DNA from: a virus
Virus record (IMG/VR): IMGVR_UViG_3300013137_002966
Coordinates: 1-64,000 of that record
DNA: 64,000 nt
Strand: one strand, 5' to 3'
Positions within the stretch are counted from its first letter, which is position 1. Every line of letters starts with the position of its first letter. Below are positions 38,773-48,869 of the stretch, piece by piece. Both the position numbers and the translations under genes were made by a program. The notes beneath the pieces were generated by a model. It did not search any database. It was not told where the DNA came from and saw nothing but the letters and a program-made list of their open reading frames with translations.

Positions 38773-40753
38773 AGTTTTGTTTTAATTTAAAATGATAAAT
38801 CTCACCTCCACCACAAAAATGTATAGTTGGATATCTATGAATTAATTCAAATCCATTTTTGGTAGCAGCTGACATTAGTTTGTCAGTACGATTATTATTT
38901 ACAATTAATAGAATGTCAGCATCTTCTGTTATCTTACTGGTTATGTTATCAAAAAATTCTATATGAATTTTACAATTATCATCAACTCCCATTCTCACGT
39001 CAATATTCCATTTTAGTATCTCATTTGTAGATGTTTTATTTTCATATTCTAACCTAGATTTTGTATATTCTTCTAGATTAAAATTACATGGTCCATTTCC
39101 GACGACTAAATCAAATAAATGTTCAACTGGTAATGACTTTACATTATCACTTATATATCCAAACACTTTATCTGAAACATTGTTATTTTTTGCATTATAT
39201 AAGCAGTTTTCAATTGCTAAAGGAAGTATATCACTAAAATGTATATTTTCGCATATATTGTTTCCTAACATATCAAAACCAATAATACCAAATCCAGAAC
39301 ACCACTCATATGCGTGCTTATATTTCTTTTTTAAATCTTTTTGTAATATATCTATGAAATCAAATCTTGCAGAAGAACCTCCACCATCCAATTGTGACGG
39401 ATAAATTAAATGTATTCCAGAATCTAAAGTTATTTCTATATCTGGTTCTTTATTAATGAATTGTTGATTTTTTAGTTTGATTGCTGTGCTTGACTCAATT
39501 GTAGTTGGCTCAATTGTAGTGGTTGGTTGAATTATTGTTTTTTCAATTTGCCAATTTATTAAACTATCAAAAAAATCATGATCATAATTAAGATTCATAT
39601 TTTTCATTTTATTGAAATTTTCTTCAAATCTTTTTTGATTATTATTATAGAAAGTAATAAAAAAATCTTTATTTTCCTGAATTCTTTTTACTTCTTCAAC
39701 AAATTTAAATAATCTATCTCTATGATTACTAATATTATCATAATCATGATTAATTACGTCATCAAAAAAGTCAAAATCATATATTTCTTTAAATTTTTTG
39801 ATATGATGTTTGGATGCTAATATTAATGGAAATTGATAAGCACAGAATGGTTTAAATGACTTTTCTGTTATATGAATCTCTGGTGAATCGAAGAATGTTT
39901 CTGTGACAATATTAAAATATGAATTTTCAAAAGTTTTTTTATTGTAGATTTCGCCCCATTTTATATTATTTTCATCATCAAACCAATCATATTCAGTTTC
40001 ATATTTACTTTTTTGTCTTTTTATTTGATTAAAATAATTTATTTCTGTTTGTAATAAATTTATATCATAATCTGTAAAAACTTCAAAGTATCGAACATTA
40101 TCTGAATGATTAATCATAGACCAATCTGTATAATCAATTATATTATATTTTTTTAGTAAACATAAAACGCCATATCTGTGTGATTTTGGTGATCTATTAT
40201 GACATAAGAAAATATTCTCTTTTTTTGTTATAAAGTCTAAATCTATCATATGCTGTTTTAATGCGTATCCTGTTGCCCTAGTTATATGAATATTAATTTC
40301 ACTATTTAATTCATTTTTATGATCTAACATTTTACTACTATTACTAATGAGCCAAAATTGTTTAGGATCTATATCATAAATTTTAAGAATTTTCTCTAAT
40401 TGAATTAAGCTATTTTTATTTTCTGCTTCTTGCTCATTTATAAAGATTACTCTTAAATTTTTATTGTTTTTTATTAATTTAATTACATAATCACTAATAG
40501 GTAATATGTTATTATCGATGGACAACCATCTTATTTCCCTATTCCACATTATATAATAAAAATTTTTATCTGGATTTTTTTCAACTTCTTCAATTCTATA
40601 ATTTTTATAATTATTATAGTTGAATGTTCTCATTACATGATCACCGACTGCCCAGGAATTTTCTTTTGTAAAAAAATATTTTTCACCATTTGGATTTGGC
40701 TCATTTTTGTCTAGTTTCCAGTCATCATAAACAAAATTTAAAAAGTCACCCAT
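38765..40753 (-). CDS. GT10-like domain fused to class I methyltransferase
   Basis: GT10-like motif, then AYEWCSGFGIIG...FSDI...FDLVVGNGP; start at MGDFLN (40753). Confidence 0.65.
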   Translation of the reverse strand: MGDFLNFVYDDWKLDKNEPNPNGEKYFFTKENSWAVGDHVMRTFNYNNYKNYRIEEVEKNPDKNFYYIMWNREIRWLSIDNNILPISDYVIKLIKNNKNLRVIFINEQEAENKNSLIQLEKILKIYDIDPKQFWLISNSSKMLDHKNELNSEINIHITRATGYALKQHMIDLDFITKKENIFLCHNRSPKSHRYGVLCLLKKYNIIDYTDWSMINHSDNVRYFEVFTDYDINLLQTEINYFNQIKRQKSKYETEYDWFDDENNIKWGEIYNKKTFENSYFNIVTETFFDSPEIHITEKSFKPFCAYQFPLILASKHHIKKFKEIYDFDFFDDVINHDYDNISNHRDRLFKFVEEVKRIQENKDFFITFYNNNQKRFEENFNKMKNMNLNYDHDFFDSLINWQIEKTIIQPTTTIEPTTIESSTAIKLKNQQFINKEPDIEITLDSGIHLIYPSQLDGGGSSARFDFIDILQKDLKKKYKHAYEWCSGFGIIGFDMLGNNICENIHFSDILPLAIENCLYNAKNNNVSDKVFGYISDNVKSLPVEHLFDLVVGNGPCNFNLEEYTKSRLEYENKTSTNEILKWNIDVRMGVDDNCKIHIEFFDNITSKITEDADILLIVNNNRTDKLMSAATKNGFELIHRYPTIHFCGGGEIYHFKLKQNYE

Positions 40754-41370
40754 TTTCCTGTTCCGTAATGCGGCCATTTATTTTTATAATCATACCAAAT
40801 AACATCACTTGGTATATCTCTTTTAATTCCACCCCAAGTTTCAATTGTTGGTGTATTTGTTGATACTCCATTATCTTCTACTACAAATCGAATTGGTAAG
40901 TTAAAATTGATAGCATATTTATGCATTTCATAAAAATTACCAGTTTCAAATGCCATATCTCCAATAAAACACCATACTATATCATCATTTTTTTCTCTTT
41001 TATTTGACAATGCCACTCCAACAGCGATAGCAATTGAAGAACTAACAATTGCAGTTGAATAAAATTTTTTTTCTTTATTTACAATAGTTATGGAATGACC
41101 TTTTAGAATTTCATTTTCTAGCCAGTCAGGAGAAATACCTTTAATTAAAGCGTGATAGTGTGATCTCCAAGTTGAAAAAACCCAATCACTGTGTTTTATT
41201 CTTTTACTTATTTCTATTAATTCATCTTCATTTCCGTTACTTAAATGTATTGGACCTTTAATCTTTCCTGTCTCCCAATAGCTAACCATTTTATTCTCAA
41301 AAGTAATTAATTCATCTTTTGTATAATTTGCTTCTTTTACTATAGGGTATTGTTCTAAATTTTTAATCAT
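40738..41370 (-). CDS. TPP-dependent enzyme alpha subunit (PDH E1-alpha-like)
   Basis: GPIHLSNGNE; STWRSHYH; TPP motif GD..FETG...EDN; start at 41370. Confidence 0.85.
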   Translation of the reverse strand: MIKNLEQYPIVKEANYTKDELITFENKMVSYWETGKIKGPIHLSNGNEDELIEISKRIKHSDWVFSTWRSHYHALIKGISPDWLENEILKGHSITIVNKEKKFYSTAIVSSSIAIAVGVALSNKREKNDDIVWCFIGDMAFETGNFYEMHKYAINFNLPIRFVVEDNGVSTNTPTIETWGGIKRDIPSDVIWYDYKNKWPHYGTGKWVTF

Positions 41371-41371
41371 A

Positions 41372-41914
41372 TTATATATCTCTTTTTTGTAATATTGGAT
41401 TGGTAGTCGGCCACTCCATATTAAATCTAGAATCATTCCATTTTATAACTCCTTGTGCATCAGTATCTACATATTCATCTTTATAAAATAGATTGTAATG
41501 AAATATACAATCTGTTAATGCATAGTGACCGTTTGCAAATCCTGGTGGAACTAAAACTTGATTTCTATCTCTTTCTGATAGAATGAAAGATTCCCAGATT
41601 CCATAGGTTGGTGAACTATTTCTAACATCTAATACTACTAAATATATTTCACCAACAACTGCTTGTACTAACTTCCATGTTTTATCATCATAATGTAATC
41701 CTCTTAATACTCCTTTATATGATCTGGAAAATCTTCCGTGAATGCTAATCTCACTTTTATCATAATGTATTTGCTTCATTACAGGGTGCTCTTCTGAATG
41801 AAAGGTCGTAAATATTTCACCTCTAAATTCCCTAAATATAGATGGTATGTATGTTATAACATTGTAGCCAAAATTTTTAGATGGTTTTTCTTGAAAATCG
41901 TTCCATTTGTTCAT
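41372..41914 (-). CDS. rmlC: dTDP-4-dehydrorhamnose 3,5-epimerase family
   Basis: S.KGVLRGLH; KLV..V.GEIY.VVLDVR..SPTYG.W; VPPGFANG. Confidence 0.85.
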   Translation of the reverse strand: MNKWNDFQEKPSKNFGYNVITYIPSIFREFRGEIFTTFHSEEHPVMKQIHYDKSEISIHGRFSRSYKGVLRGLHYDDKTWKLVQAVVGEIYLVVLDVRNSSPTYGIWESFILSERDRNQVLVPPGFANGHYALTDCIFHYNLFYKDEYVDTDAQGVIKWNDSRFNMEWPTTNPILQKRDI

Positions 41915-41919
41915 AACTT

Positions 41920-42888
41920 TTATGTTGGATTTGTGTAGCCAAGAGGAAACCCATTTCTAAACTCAGATGACATCTTTGGAATTATGATCCTATAGGTTTT
42001 CATTAATTCTAAAATACCATCATCTAAATTATACTTTGGTTTCCAGCCTGTTGCCTCTATTTTTTTATTAGAGACAATATAATTTCTTTTGTCAGGATCT
42101 TTGTAAAATGTTGAATAATTTATAGCAAAATCTGGAATATATTTTTTTATAATATCTAATAATTCATCTTTTGATAGGTTAGCATCACTTAAGCCAACAT
42201 TATATGAATTGTTTTTCATTATATTATAATTTTCTAACGAATATGCAAATACACTACCAACATCTTGAATATGTATAAAATTTCTTTTGAAATCTTTTTC
42301 AAATACTACAATATATTTATCTGTCATAGCTTTATAGACAAATTCATTAACCAATAAATCTGTTCTCATTCTTAATGATGTTCCAAAGACTGTTGCTAGT
42401 CTAAAGCAAATAGCAGAAGTATTTTCTCTTAACACATTCTCAGCGGCAACTTTAGTTTCGCCATAAACCGAGATTGGAGTTAAAGGAGATTCTTCTGTGC
42501 ATTCAGTATTTTCTTCACCTACACCATAGCCACTGTTTGTGTTTGGAAAAAGTATCAATTGATTTTTACTAATAGATTGTATTATATTTGTTATTTGTCT
42601 ATAATTAATTTCCCAAGCTAAATTTGGATTATTTGCGCAAGCTGGGAACCCGACAATTGCAGCTAATGGAATTATTACATCATGTTTTTGTATCTCATCT
42701 ATCAGTAACTTTTCATTTCTGACATCACCATAAATAAAATTATAATTTTTATTTGATGTAAATTCTAGTGCTGATATTTGATTGAATAATAAATTATCTA
42801 GAACAGTTACATTATGCCCTTCTTCTAGCATTTTTCGTGTGATAATAGAGCCAAGATACCCTGCACCACCTGTTATTAATATTTTCAT
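41920..42888 (-). CDS. NAD-dependent nucleotide-sugar epimerase/dehydratase
   Basis: ITGGAGYLG; LAAIVG; YGETK (YxxxK); RLATVFG. Confidence 0.85.
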   Translation of the reverse strand: MKILITGGAGYLGSIITRKMLEEGHNVTVLDNLLFNQISALEFTSNKNYNFIYGDVRNEKLLIDEIQKHDVIIPLAAIVGFPACANNPNLAWEINYRQITNIIQSISKNQLILFPNTNSGYGVGEENTECTEESPLTPISVYGETKVAAENVLRENTSAICFRLATVFGTSLRMRTDLLVNEFVYKAMTDKYIVVFEKDFKRNFIHIQDVGSVFAYSLENYNIMKNNSYNVGLSDANLSKDELLDIIKKYIPDFAINYSTFYKDPDKRNYIVSNKKIEATGWKPKYNLDDGILELMKTYRIIIPKMSSEFRNGFPLGYTNPT

Positions 42889-42892
42889 GATT

Positions 42893-42916
42893 TTATATAT
42901 TAAAACTATTGTGTTT
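42893..42916 (-). promoter_or_regulatory. Promoter-like motif AAC-N15-TATAA
   Basis: AAAC-N15-TATAA upstream of ATG 42888. Confidence 0.5.
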
Positions 42917-42954
42917 GGTTTTTATTTTTTTACTATATAAGTAGATTAATAAAT

Positions 42955-43773
42955 ATGAGTAAACCAAGAATTTTTACCTTTGGCTGTAGTTTTACTGATT
43001 ATAGTTGGCCGACTTGGGCGGATATTATTTTATATGGCAATTTAGGATATAATCTTGGTAGATCAGGAGCAGGTTATGATTATATATTATATCGTATAGT
43101 TGAAGCTGATAGAAAATTTAAGTTTACGCAAGATGATATAATTATAATTGTTCTAACTCAACCAATCAGACTTGATATCCTTCTTAATGATGAAAATGAT
43201 TTATATTGGATAACTAAAGGTAATGCACTTTCACATTTTTCTGATTATAATGATAAAATATTTTCTATAGACGGTTTATTATTCAAATCATATAATAATA
43301 TTATACTAATGAATCAATATCTCAGCAGTAAAAGGTTGAATTATATTTTTGGATCAATAAGTGATTTATTTGAGTCTCCTGAGGGTATAAACAATATATT
43401 ACTAGATAATATATTGTATGAGACAAATGAATTAATTACTTATGTTAAGCAAAATATAGAAATAAAATTAATGTCGTTTGATAAATATTTATCGGTAGAT
43501 GGAAAATTATGGGATTTTACTAAGATATATGAATTTGAAAAATTCAATGATTATCATCCACGACCGCGTATGTATTTTAATTGGATAAATGATGTATTAT
43601 TGAAATGTGTTGACATAGATGTTAAAGCAACCATAGAAGATATAGAAAATATTGAAAATGCGATAGATGATATTAAGTATCTTAATGAATTAGGTGAATT
43701 AATAAAAAAATATCCTAATTTTTATAGCCATAGAATTTATGATGGCTATATTTCAGCTAAACGATTTATTTAA
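42955..43773 (+). CDS. SGNH-like protein
   Basis: FGCSFT..W; NLGRSGAG; DYHP. Confidence 0.6.
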   Translation: MSKPRIFTFGCSFTDYSWPTWADIILYGNLGYNLGRSGAGYDYILYRIVEADRKFKFTQDDIIIIVLTQPIRLDILLNDENDLYWITKGNALSHFSDYNDKIFSIDGLLFKSYNNIILMNQYLSSKRLNYIFGSISDLFESPEGINNILLDNILYETNELITYVKQNIEIKLMSFDKYLSVDGKLWDFTKIYEFEKFNDYHPRPRMYFNWINDVLLKCVDIDVKATIEDIENIENAIDDIKYLNELGELIKKYPNFYSHRIYDGYISAKRFI

Positions 43774-44651
43774 ACTTTATTTTTTAAAAAAGGAAATAGA
43801 ATATTATCACACCAATTTGATACTCCTAATTTACCTGGATGAAAGCCATCATTAGAGAAATATAATTTACCTTCATTTAGTTTTTTTCTTTCCTCATATG
43901 TAATATTTTTTACTTCATGCCTAGGTATACCTAATAGTGTGTGTATATATTCAAACATACCTTCTGTAATTATATTATTGAAGTCTAACTGCTTATATAA
44001 ATAATTTATGATTTGATGATTTTTATTTTGTTCTATATCTTGATACACAAAATCCATAAAAAATTGTTGAAAAAATTTTATGTTATGAAGTTTGCAAAAA
44101 TTTTGCAACATGATTATATTTTCTAGACTACTATGTGTTTTTCCAACTCCACCATAATATCCATCCAGTAAATAGTATTGTTGAACAAAATCTAATTTAC
44201 AATCACTTCCATCTACTGTAAAATACCAGCCACCTTCTGGATTATAATCAAAAAAATCGCCTGATTTTGTTTTAAAATAATTTGGATATTTTACTTGATT
44301 ATTTTTCAAATCTAAGAATTGACTTGTCATTCCACCTTGAAAGTTCGGCCATCCTTTAACCATTTCTTTTATTATATCTTTGTTGTCTATATACCATGCT
44401 TTTCTATATGTACCACTCCACATAACAACCACTATTATTTCATCTTCTTTTATACCTGATTGTAGAGCATCCGTTATGGCAAGAGTGACTTTTTTTTGTA
44501 TCATTTCTTGTCCTTGACTTCTGTATCCAGTATGTTCATATGTTAAATTTGGATTGTAGATTTTTAACCAATTAGTTAGATTAGTTATCCAACTATCTTC
44601 ATCAGAGTAATGGCTAAAACTACATCCGCCAGTGATTAAATGTTTAAGCAT
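43770..44651 (-). CDS. SGNH-like protein
   Basis: GGCSFS; VMWSG..R; DGFHP. Confidence 0.6.
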   Translation of the reverse strand: MLKHLITGGCSFSHYSDEDSWITNLTNWLKIYNPNLTYEHTGYRSQGQEMIQKKVTLAITDALQSGIKEDEIIVVVMWSGTYRKAWYIDNKDIIKEMVKGWPNFQGGMTSQFLDLKNNQVKYPNYFKTKSGDFFDYNPEGGWYFTVDGSDCKLDFVQQYYLLDGYYGGVGKTHSSLENIIMLQNFCKLHNIKFFQQFFMDFVYQDIEQNKNHQIINYLYKQLDFNNIITEGMFEYIHTLLGIPRHEVKNITYEERKKLNEGKLYFSNDGFHPGKLGVSNWCDNILFPFLKNKV

Positions 44652-44672
44652 GGTGAAAACTTTTTTTATATT

Positions 44673-44699
44673 TTATAATATTAGTAAAAAAAAAAGTTT
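44673..44699 (-). promoter_or_regulatory. Promoter-like motif AAC-N18-TATAA
   Basis: AAAC-N18-TATAA upstream of ATG 44651. Confidence 0.6.
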
Positions 44700-44739
44700 A
44701 AAAATTAATTCTGACATACTATCTGTTATATATAAGTAA

Positions 44740-45444
44740 ATGAATAAACTTTGGACATATGGATGTAGTTGGACTTATTCAAGACCTCATGAGGAAGACC
44801 TGGGTATTATATTTTGGCCTAGTTTTGTTGCTGAAGAACTCAATTTAGATTTAAAAAATAGAGCATATGGTGGACTTGGTGATTCTTCAATACAAAGACT
44901 TATTTCTGATTTACCAAAAATTAATAAAGGTGATATTGTGATTTTTCAATTTTCATATAGTAATAGATTGGATTTACCTTATCTTAATAATGATGGTGAT
45001 GTATGGAACTCTTGCTATATTGAAATGAATTCACTAGAAAGAAATGAAAAACAAATAAAGTATATGGACTTTGTAATGGCATATGATACTGAATTACTAT
45101 TAAAAAATTTTCAATATGTATCATTAATTTTTGACTATTTAGAAAAAATTATCGGAGTAATTGTTAGATATTGGTTTTTACATTTATCTGCTAATTATGA
45201 AAATTTTATAAAAAGAAAAATAACTACAAATAGAAATAGAAATATTGTGTTTTTTAGCGAACATAATGATTTATTTGCATATGCTGCTAATAATTTTATT
45301 AATGATAACAAACTTAGAATTTCAGATTATAATTATAATAGATCAGATTTAGAATATTTGAGGTATGATAGTCATCCAAATCAAGATGGACAGCAATTAA
45401 TAGCAAAGTGTGTGATAGATTCATTTAAAAAAAAATTAATATAA
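44740..45444 (+). CDS. SGNH-like protein
   Basis: YGCSWT; NRAYGG; DSHPN..GQ. Confidence 0.6.
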   Translation: MNKLWTYGCSWTYSRPHEEDLGIIFWPSFVAEELNLDLKNRAYGGLGDSSIQRLISDLPKINKGDIVIFQFSYSNRLDLPYLNNDGDVWNSCYIEMNSLERNEKQIKYMDFVMAYDTELLLKNFQYVSLIFDYLEKIIGVIVRYWFLHLSANYENFIKRKITTNRNRNIVFFSEHNDLFAYAANNFINDNKLRISDYNYNRSDLEYLRYDSHPNQDGQQLIAKCVIDSFKKKLI

Positions 45445-47082
45445 GTGTTCATAATAGGAATTTCAGCATATTATCATGATTCATCTGCATGTTTATTTGA
45501 AGATGATAAATTAATTTTTGCATGTGAAGAAGAAAAATTTTCTGGTATTAAACACGATAATTCATTTCCAAAAATGACAATTAATTATATTTTCGAAAAA
45601 TATAATTTAAAAAAAGAAGATATAGAATGTGTTTGTTACTATGAGAATCCCATATTAAGACTAAAAAGAAAAAAATCTTTTTTTAAATCTATTAAAAATA
45701 TAATAAAGGTCTGGTTTAATCTTAAAAAAGTATCAAAAAGCACACACTATACCAATCATCACTTATCACATATGACCTATTCTTATTTAAGTTCCAATTT
45801 TGATAAGTCTGTTATAGTTTCAATAGACGGTGTAGGAGAAACTCAATCATTATCAATAGGTTATGGTTTTGGTGGTAAAATTGTTCAAATAAAAACTTCA
45901 GAATATCCACATTCAATTGGCTTATTTTACTCTGCAATGACGGCATTTTTAGGATTTAAACCAAATGAAGGTGAATATAAAGTAATGGGATTAGCATCCT
46001 ATGGTAATTCAAGCACTTATTATGAAAAAATTAAAAAATTGTTAGTATACGATAATAATGGTGGTATCTTATGTGATATGAATTATTTCAATTGGGATAA
46101 ATCATCTACACTTATGTTTAATCATAAATTAGAAGAATATTTAAATATAGAATGTAGGCTACCTAATACTAAACTTGAAGATAAACATAAAGATTTAGCA
46201 GCCTCAGTTCAAAGAGTATATGAGGAAGTTTTCTTCAGCATTATTTCTTATGCTAAAGATATTTCTAAGTATGATAGAATTTGTCTTGGTGGCGGATGTG
46301 CATATAATGGTTCTGCAAATGGAAAAATTGTAGAGAATGGTTTATATAAACATATTTGGATACCACCTGCACCTTCTGATGCTGGTTCATCAATTGGTTC
46401 ATGTCTAAACTATTTAACAAATAAACTTGGACGAAGCATTAGAATTAGTGCAAATCCTTTTCTTGGCCCATCGTTTACAGAAGATGAAATTTATAATGTT
46501 ATCTCTAGCACAGAATCTATAACATATTCTAAGCACTCTGAAAATGCTCTATTAGAAAAAATATCAAAAGAACTTAATTCTGGGCTGGTTGTTGGTTGGT
46601 TTCAGGATAAAATAGAATTTGGTGCAAGAGCTTTGGGTAATAGATCCATATTAGCTAATCCAACTTTACCTAATATGAAAGATAGAATTAATGCGGTAAT
46701 TAAAAAAAGAGAAGGATTTAGACCATTTGCACCTATGGTTTGTTATGATAAGCAATCTATCTATTTTGAATCAAATGAATTCATACCTTATATGAATCAG
46801 GTGGTAAAAGTTAAATCTGAGTATAAAGATAAATTACTTGCAGTCACTCATGTAGATGGTACAGCTCGTGTTCAATCAGTTACACCATATAATTCTATTT
46901 ATAAACTGTTAATAAAATTTGAGGAAAAAAGTGGTTATCCAATTCTACTTAATACATCATTTAATATTAAAGATAAAACTATGGTTTTAACACCACAAGA
47001 TGCAATGGACACATTCCTAAACACTGATATGGATATATTGGTTATGAATAATTTTATAATAAAAAAAAACAAAATAAAATGA
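45445..47082 (+). CDS. O-carbamoyltransferase (NodU/CmcH family)
   Basis: GISAYYHDSSA; HHLSH; DGVGE; EYKVMGLASYG; EFGARALGNRSILA; LNTSFN. Confidence 0.92.
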   Translation: MFIIGISAYYHDSSACLFEDDKLIFACEEEKFSGIKHDNSFPKMTINYIFEKYNLKKEDIECVCYYENPILRLKRKKSFFKSIKNIIKVWFNLKKVSKSTHYTNHHLSHMTYSYLSSNFDKSVIVSIDGVGETQSLSIGYGFGGKIVQIKTSEYPHSIGLFYSAMTAFLGFKPNEGEYKVMGLASYGNSSTYYEKIKKLLVYDNNGGILCDMNYFNWDKSSTLMFNHKLEEYLNIECRLPNTKLEDKHKDLAASVQRVYEEVFFSIISYAKDISKYDRICLGGGCAYNGSANGKIVENGLYKHIWIPPAPSDAGSSIGSCLNYLTNKLGRSIRISANPFLGPSFTEDEIYNVISSTESITYSKHSENALLEKISKELNSGLVVGWFQDKIEFGARALGNRSILANPTLPNMKDRINAVIKKREGFRPFAPMVCYDKQSIYFESNEFIPYMNQVVKVKSEYKDKLLAVTHVDGTARVQSVTPYNSIYKLLIKFEEKSGYPILLNTSFNIKDKTMVLTPQDAMDTFLNTDMDILVMNNFIIKKNKIK

Positions 47083-47192
47083 ACATTTTTAAATGGATTA
47101 AGAAAAGAATTGAAAAGAATAAACGTAAAAAACAATTTGAAAAAAAATTAGAAGAATTAAGGAAAAGAGATCCTTTTATTTATAATCATTAG
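47079..47192 (+). CDS. 37-aa basic peptide ending DPFIY (below the ORF-track cutoff)
   Basis: MNIFKWIKKRIEKNKRKKQFEKKLEELRKRDPFIYNH*; ATGA overlap with the carbamoyltransferase; fills the gap to the next gene. Confidence 0.7.
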   Translation: MNIFKWIKKRIEKNKRKKQFEKKLEELRKRDPFIYNH

Positions 47193-47195
47193 AAT

Positions 47196-47615
47196 ATGAA
47201 AGAAAGAAAATATTTACCCACACTATCTGAATTAATTGATAGATTAAGTATATGTCAATTAAAAGAAGTTTTTATTCCTGAACATAAGGATGAATATGCT
47301 CAAGAAATACAAGATATATTACATGATATTGATATATGTCTAGAAGAAACTAAAGAGATAACATCTGAGACTATCAGAGCAATAGTAGTATTATCTCAAA
47401 TGAATTTACATATTTGGTATAATGAAGCCAATTATAGAAAAGGTATTAAAGATGGTAATAACTTGGAGTTAACACATGGATTAAATGGAATAAGAAATAC
47501 TGCTAAGAATAAAATTCAGGAATGGATTGGCGGTAGAAAAGATTATAAAATAGATTGCTTAGCATCTGAGTTTAAAGATTGGGAGATAAGTTGGAATTCT
47601 AAAAAAGACAAATGA
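47196..47615 (+). CDS. Hypothetical helical protein
   Basis: ELIDRLSI.QLK...N..IW..E...N..R...KNKI. Confidence 0.65.
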   Translation: MKERKYLPTLSELIDRLSICQLKEVFIPEHKDEYAQEIQDILHDIDICLEETKEITSETIRAIVVLSQMNLHIWYNEANYRKGIKDGNNLELTHGLNGIRNTAKNKIQEWIGGRKDYKIDCLASEFKDWEISWNSKKDK

Positions 47616-48385
47616 AATCACTAAAACATTGGACAACTGACAATTTTGAAGTTTCTTCATATAAATATAATCTATCTGAAAGAGTTAATAAAACTTATAA
47701 CGGCTCAGGTTCAGATAATACTGGATTATGCACATATACCTATAATGAATTGGGTTTTAGAGGTGATTCGATATATAAAGAAGGTTTCAGAGTTATGTCT
47801 ATTGGTTGTTCCATAACAGAAGGTGTAGGTGTTAATAATAATGAAACTTGGACCTCAAAATTTTGTAGTCATATACCTAATGGTGTTAATCTTAATTTTG
47901 GATTCGGTGGTAGAAGTAACGATTATATTTCTAGATGTTTAATTTCATTCTATGATTTAATTAAGCCGAATTTAGTATTAATAATGTATACCGAAATGCA
48001 TAGAAGAGAGTTCTTTACAGAAAATGGCGGTATAGAACCGTTTCATATAAATAAATGGGGATATTTCAATGAAACATCAGAAGGCTTAGAACAATATGAT
48101 GCTTTATTAAGATTATCTAATAATGAAAACGATTTTCAGAACTGGTACAAAAATCATTTACTTATCAAATTTTTTCTAGAGTCTAAGAAATGTAATTGGT
48201 TATGGAATGGTTCTTTCATTAAAAATAATTTTACTGATGAATTTAGATTTGACGGTGATTATTATCCTTATATTGATTTTGGTGTAGAAGGTGTACATCC
48301 AGGACCAAAAACAAATGAAAAATACGCATTAAATCTTTTTAATTATATACATATAAATTATAGAGATTTTTTATCTATTCATTAA
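47612..48385 (+). CDS. SGNH-like protein
   Basis: NELGFRG; IGCSITEGVGV; NFGFGGRS; HPGP. Confidence 0.65.
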   Translation: MKSLKHWTTDNFEVSSYKYNLSERVNKTYNGSGSDNTGLCTYTYNELGFRGDSIYKEGFRVMSIGCSITEGVGVNNNETWTSKFCSHIPNGVNLNFGFGGRSNDYISRCLISFYDLIKPNLVLIMYTEMHRREFFTENGGIEPFHINKWGYFNETSEGLEQYDALLRLSNNENDFQNWYKNHLLIKFFLESKKCNWLWNGSFIKNNFTDEFRFDGDYYPYIDFGVEGVHPGPKTNEKYALNLFNYIHINYRDFLSIH

Positions 48386-48410
48386 ACATTTTTTTTATTA
48401 TATCATATAA
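48384..48410 (+). promoter_or_regulatory. Promoter-like motif AAC-N18-TATAA
   Basis: AAAC-N18-TATAA-N6-ATG (cysC). Confidence 0.65.
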
Positions 48411-48416
48411 TATCAT

Positions 48417-48869
48417 ATGATTTATTTATTTACAGGCCAACCAGGCTCAGGAAAAACTTCTATTGGTGGATTATTAGCCTCAAGTATGAAGAATGTTATA
48501 CATATTGATGGTGATGACCTAAGACTTATATTTGATAACAATGATTATAGTGAAAGTGGTAGAAGAATTAATATAGAAAGAGCGCATGATATAGCATACT
48601 TTCTAAGTAAAAAAAATATTAATGTCATAATAACAATGGTTTCTCCTTTTAGAGATTTAAGAGATAGACTTAGATTAAAATTGACTAATATTGATTTTAT
48701 TGAAATTTATGTGCATACATCTGATCTTAGAGGAAAAGAAAACTTTTTTGTTAAAAATTACGAGAAGCCCTTAGATAATTTTATAGATTTAGATACAACT
48801 AATAAAACAGTCGAAGAATCTTTTGAAATTTTAAAAAAATCATTGAAAAATAATGATTTTAATCAATAA
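48417..48869 (+). CDS. cysC: Adenylyl-sulfate (APS) kinase
   Basis: FTGQPGSGKT; IDGDDLR; DYSESGR..NI; VSPFR; YEKP. Confidence 0.85.
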   Translation: MIYLFTGQPGSGKTSIGGLLASSMKNVIHIDGDDLRLIFDNNDYSESGRRINIERAHDIAYFLSKKNINVIITMVSPFRDLRDRLRLKLTNIDFIEIYVHTSDLRGKENFFVKNYEKPLDNFIDLDTTNKTVEESFEILKKSLKNNDFNQ

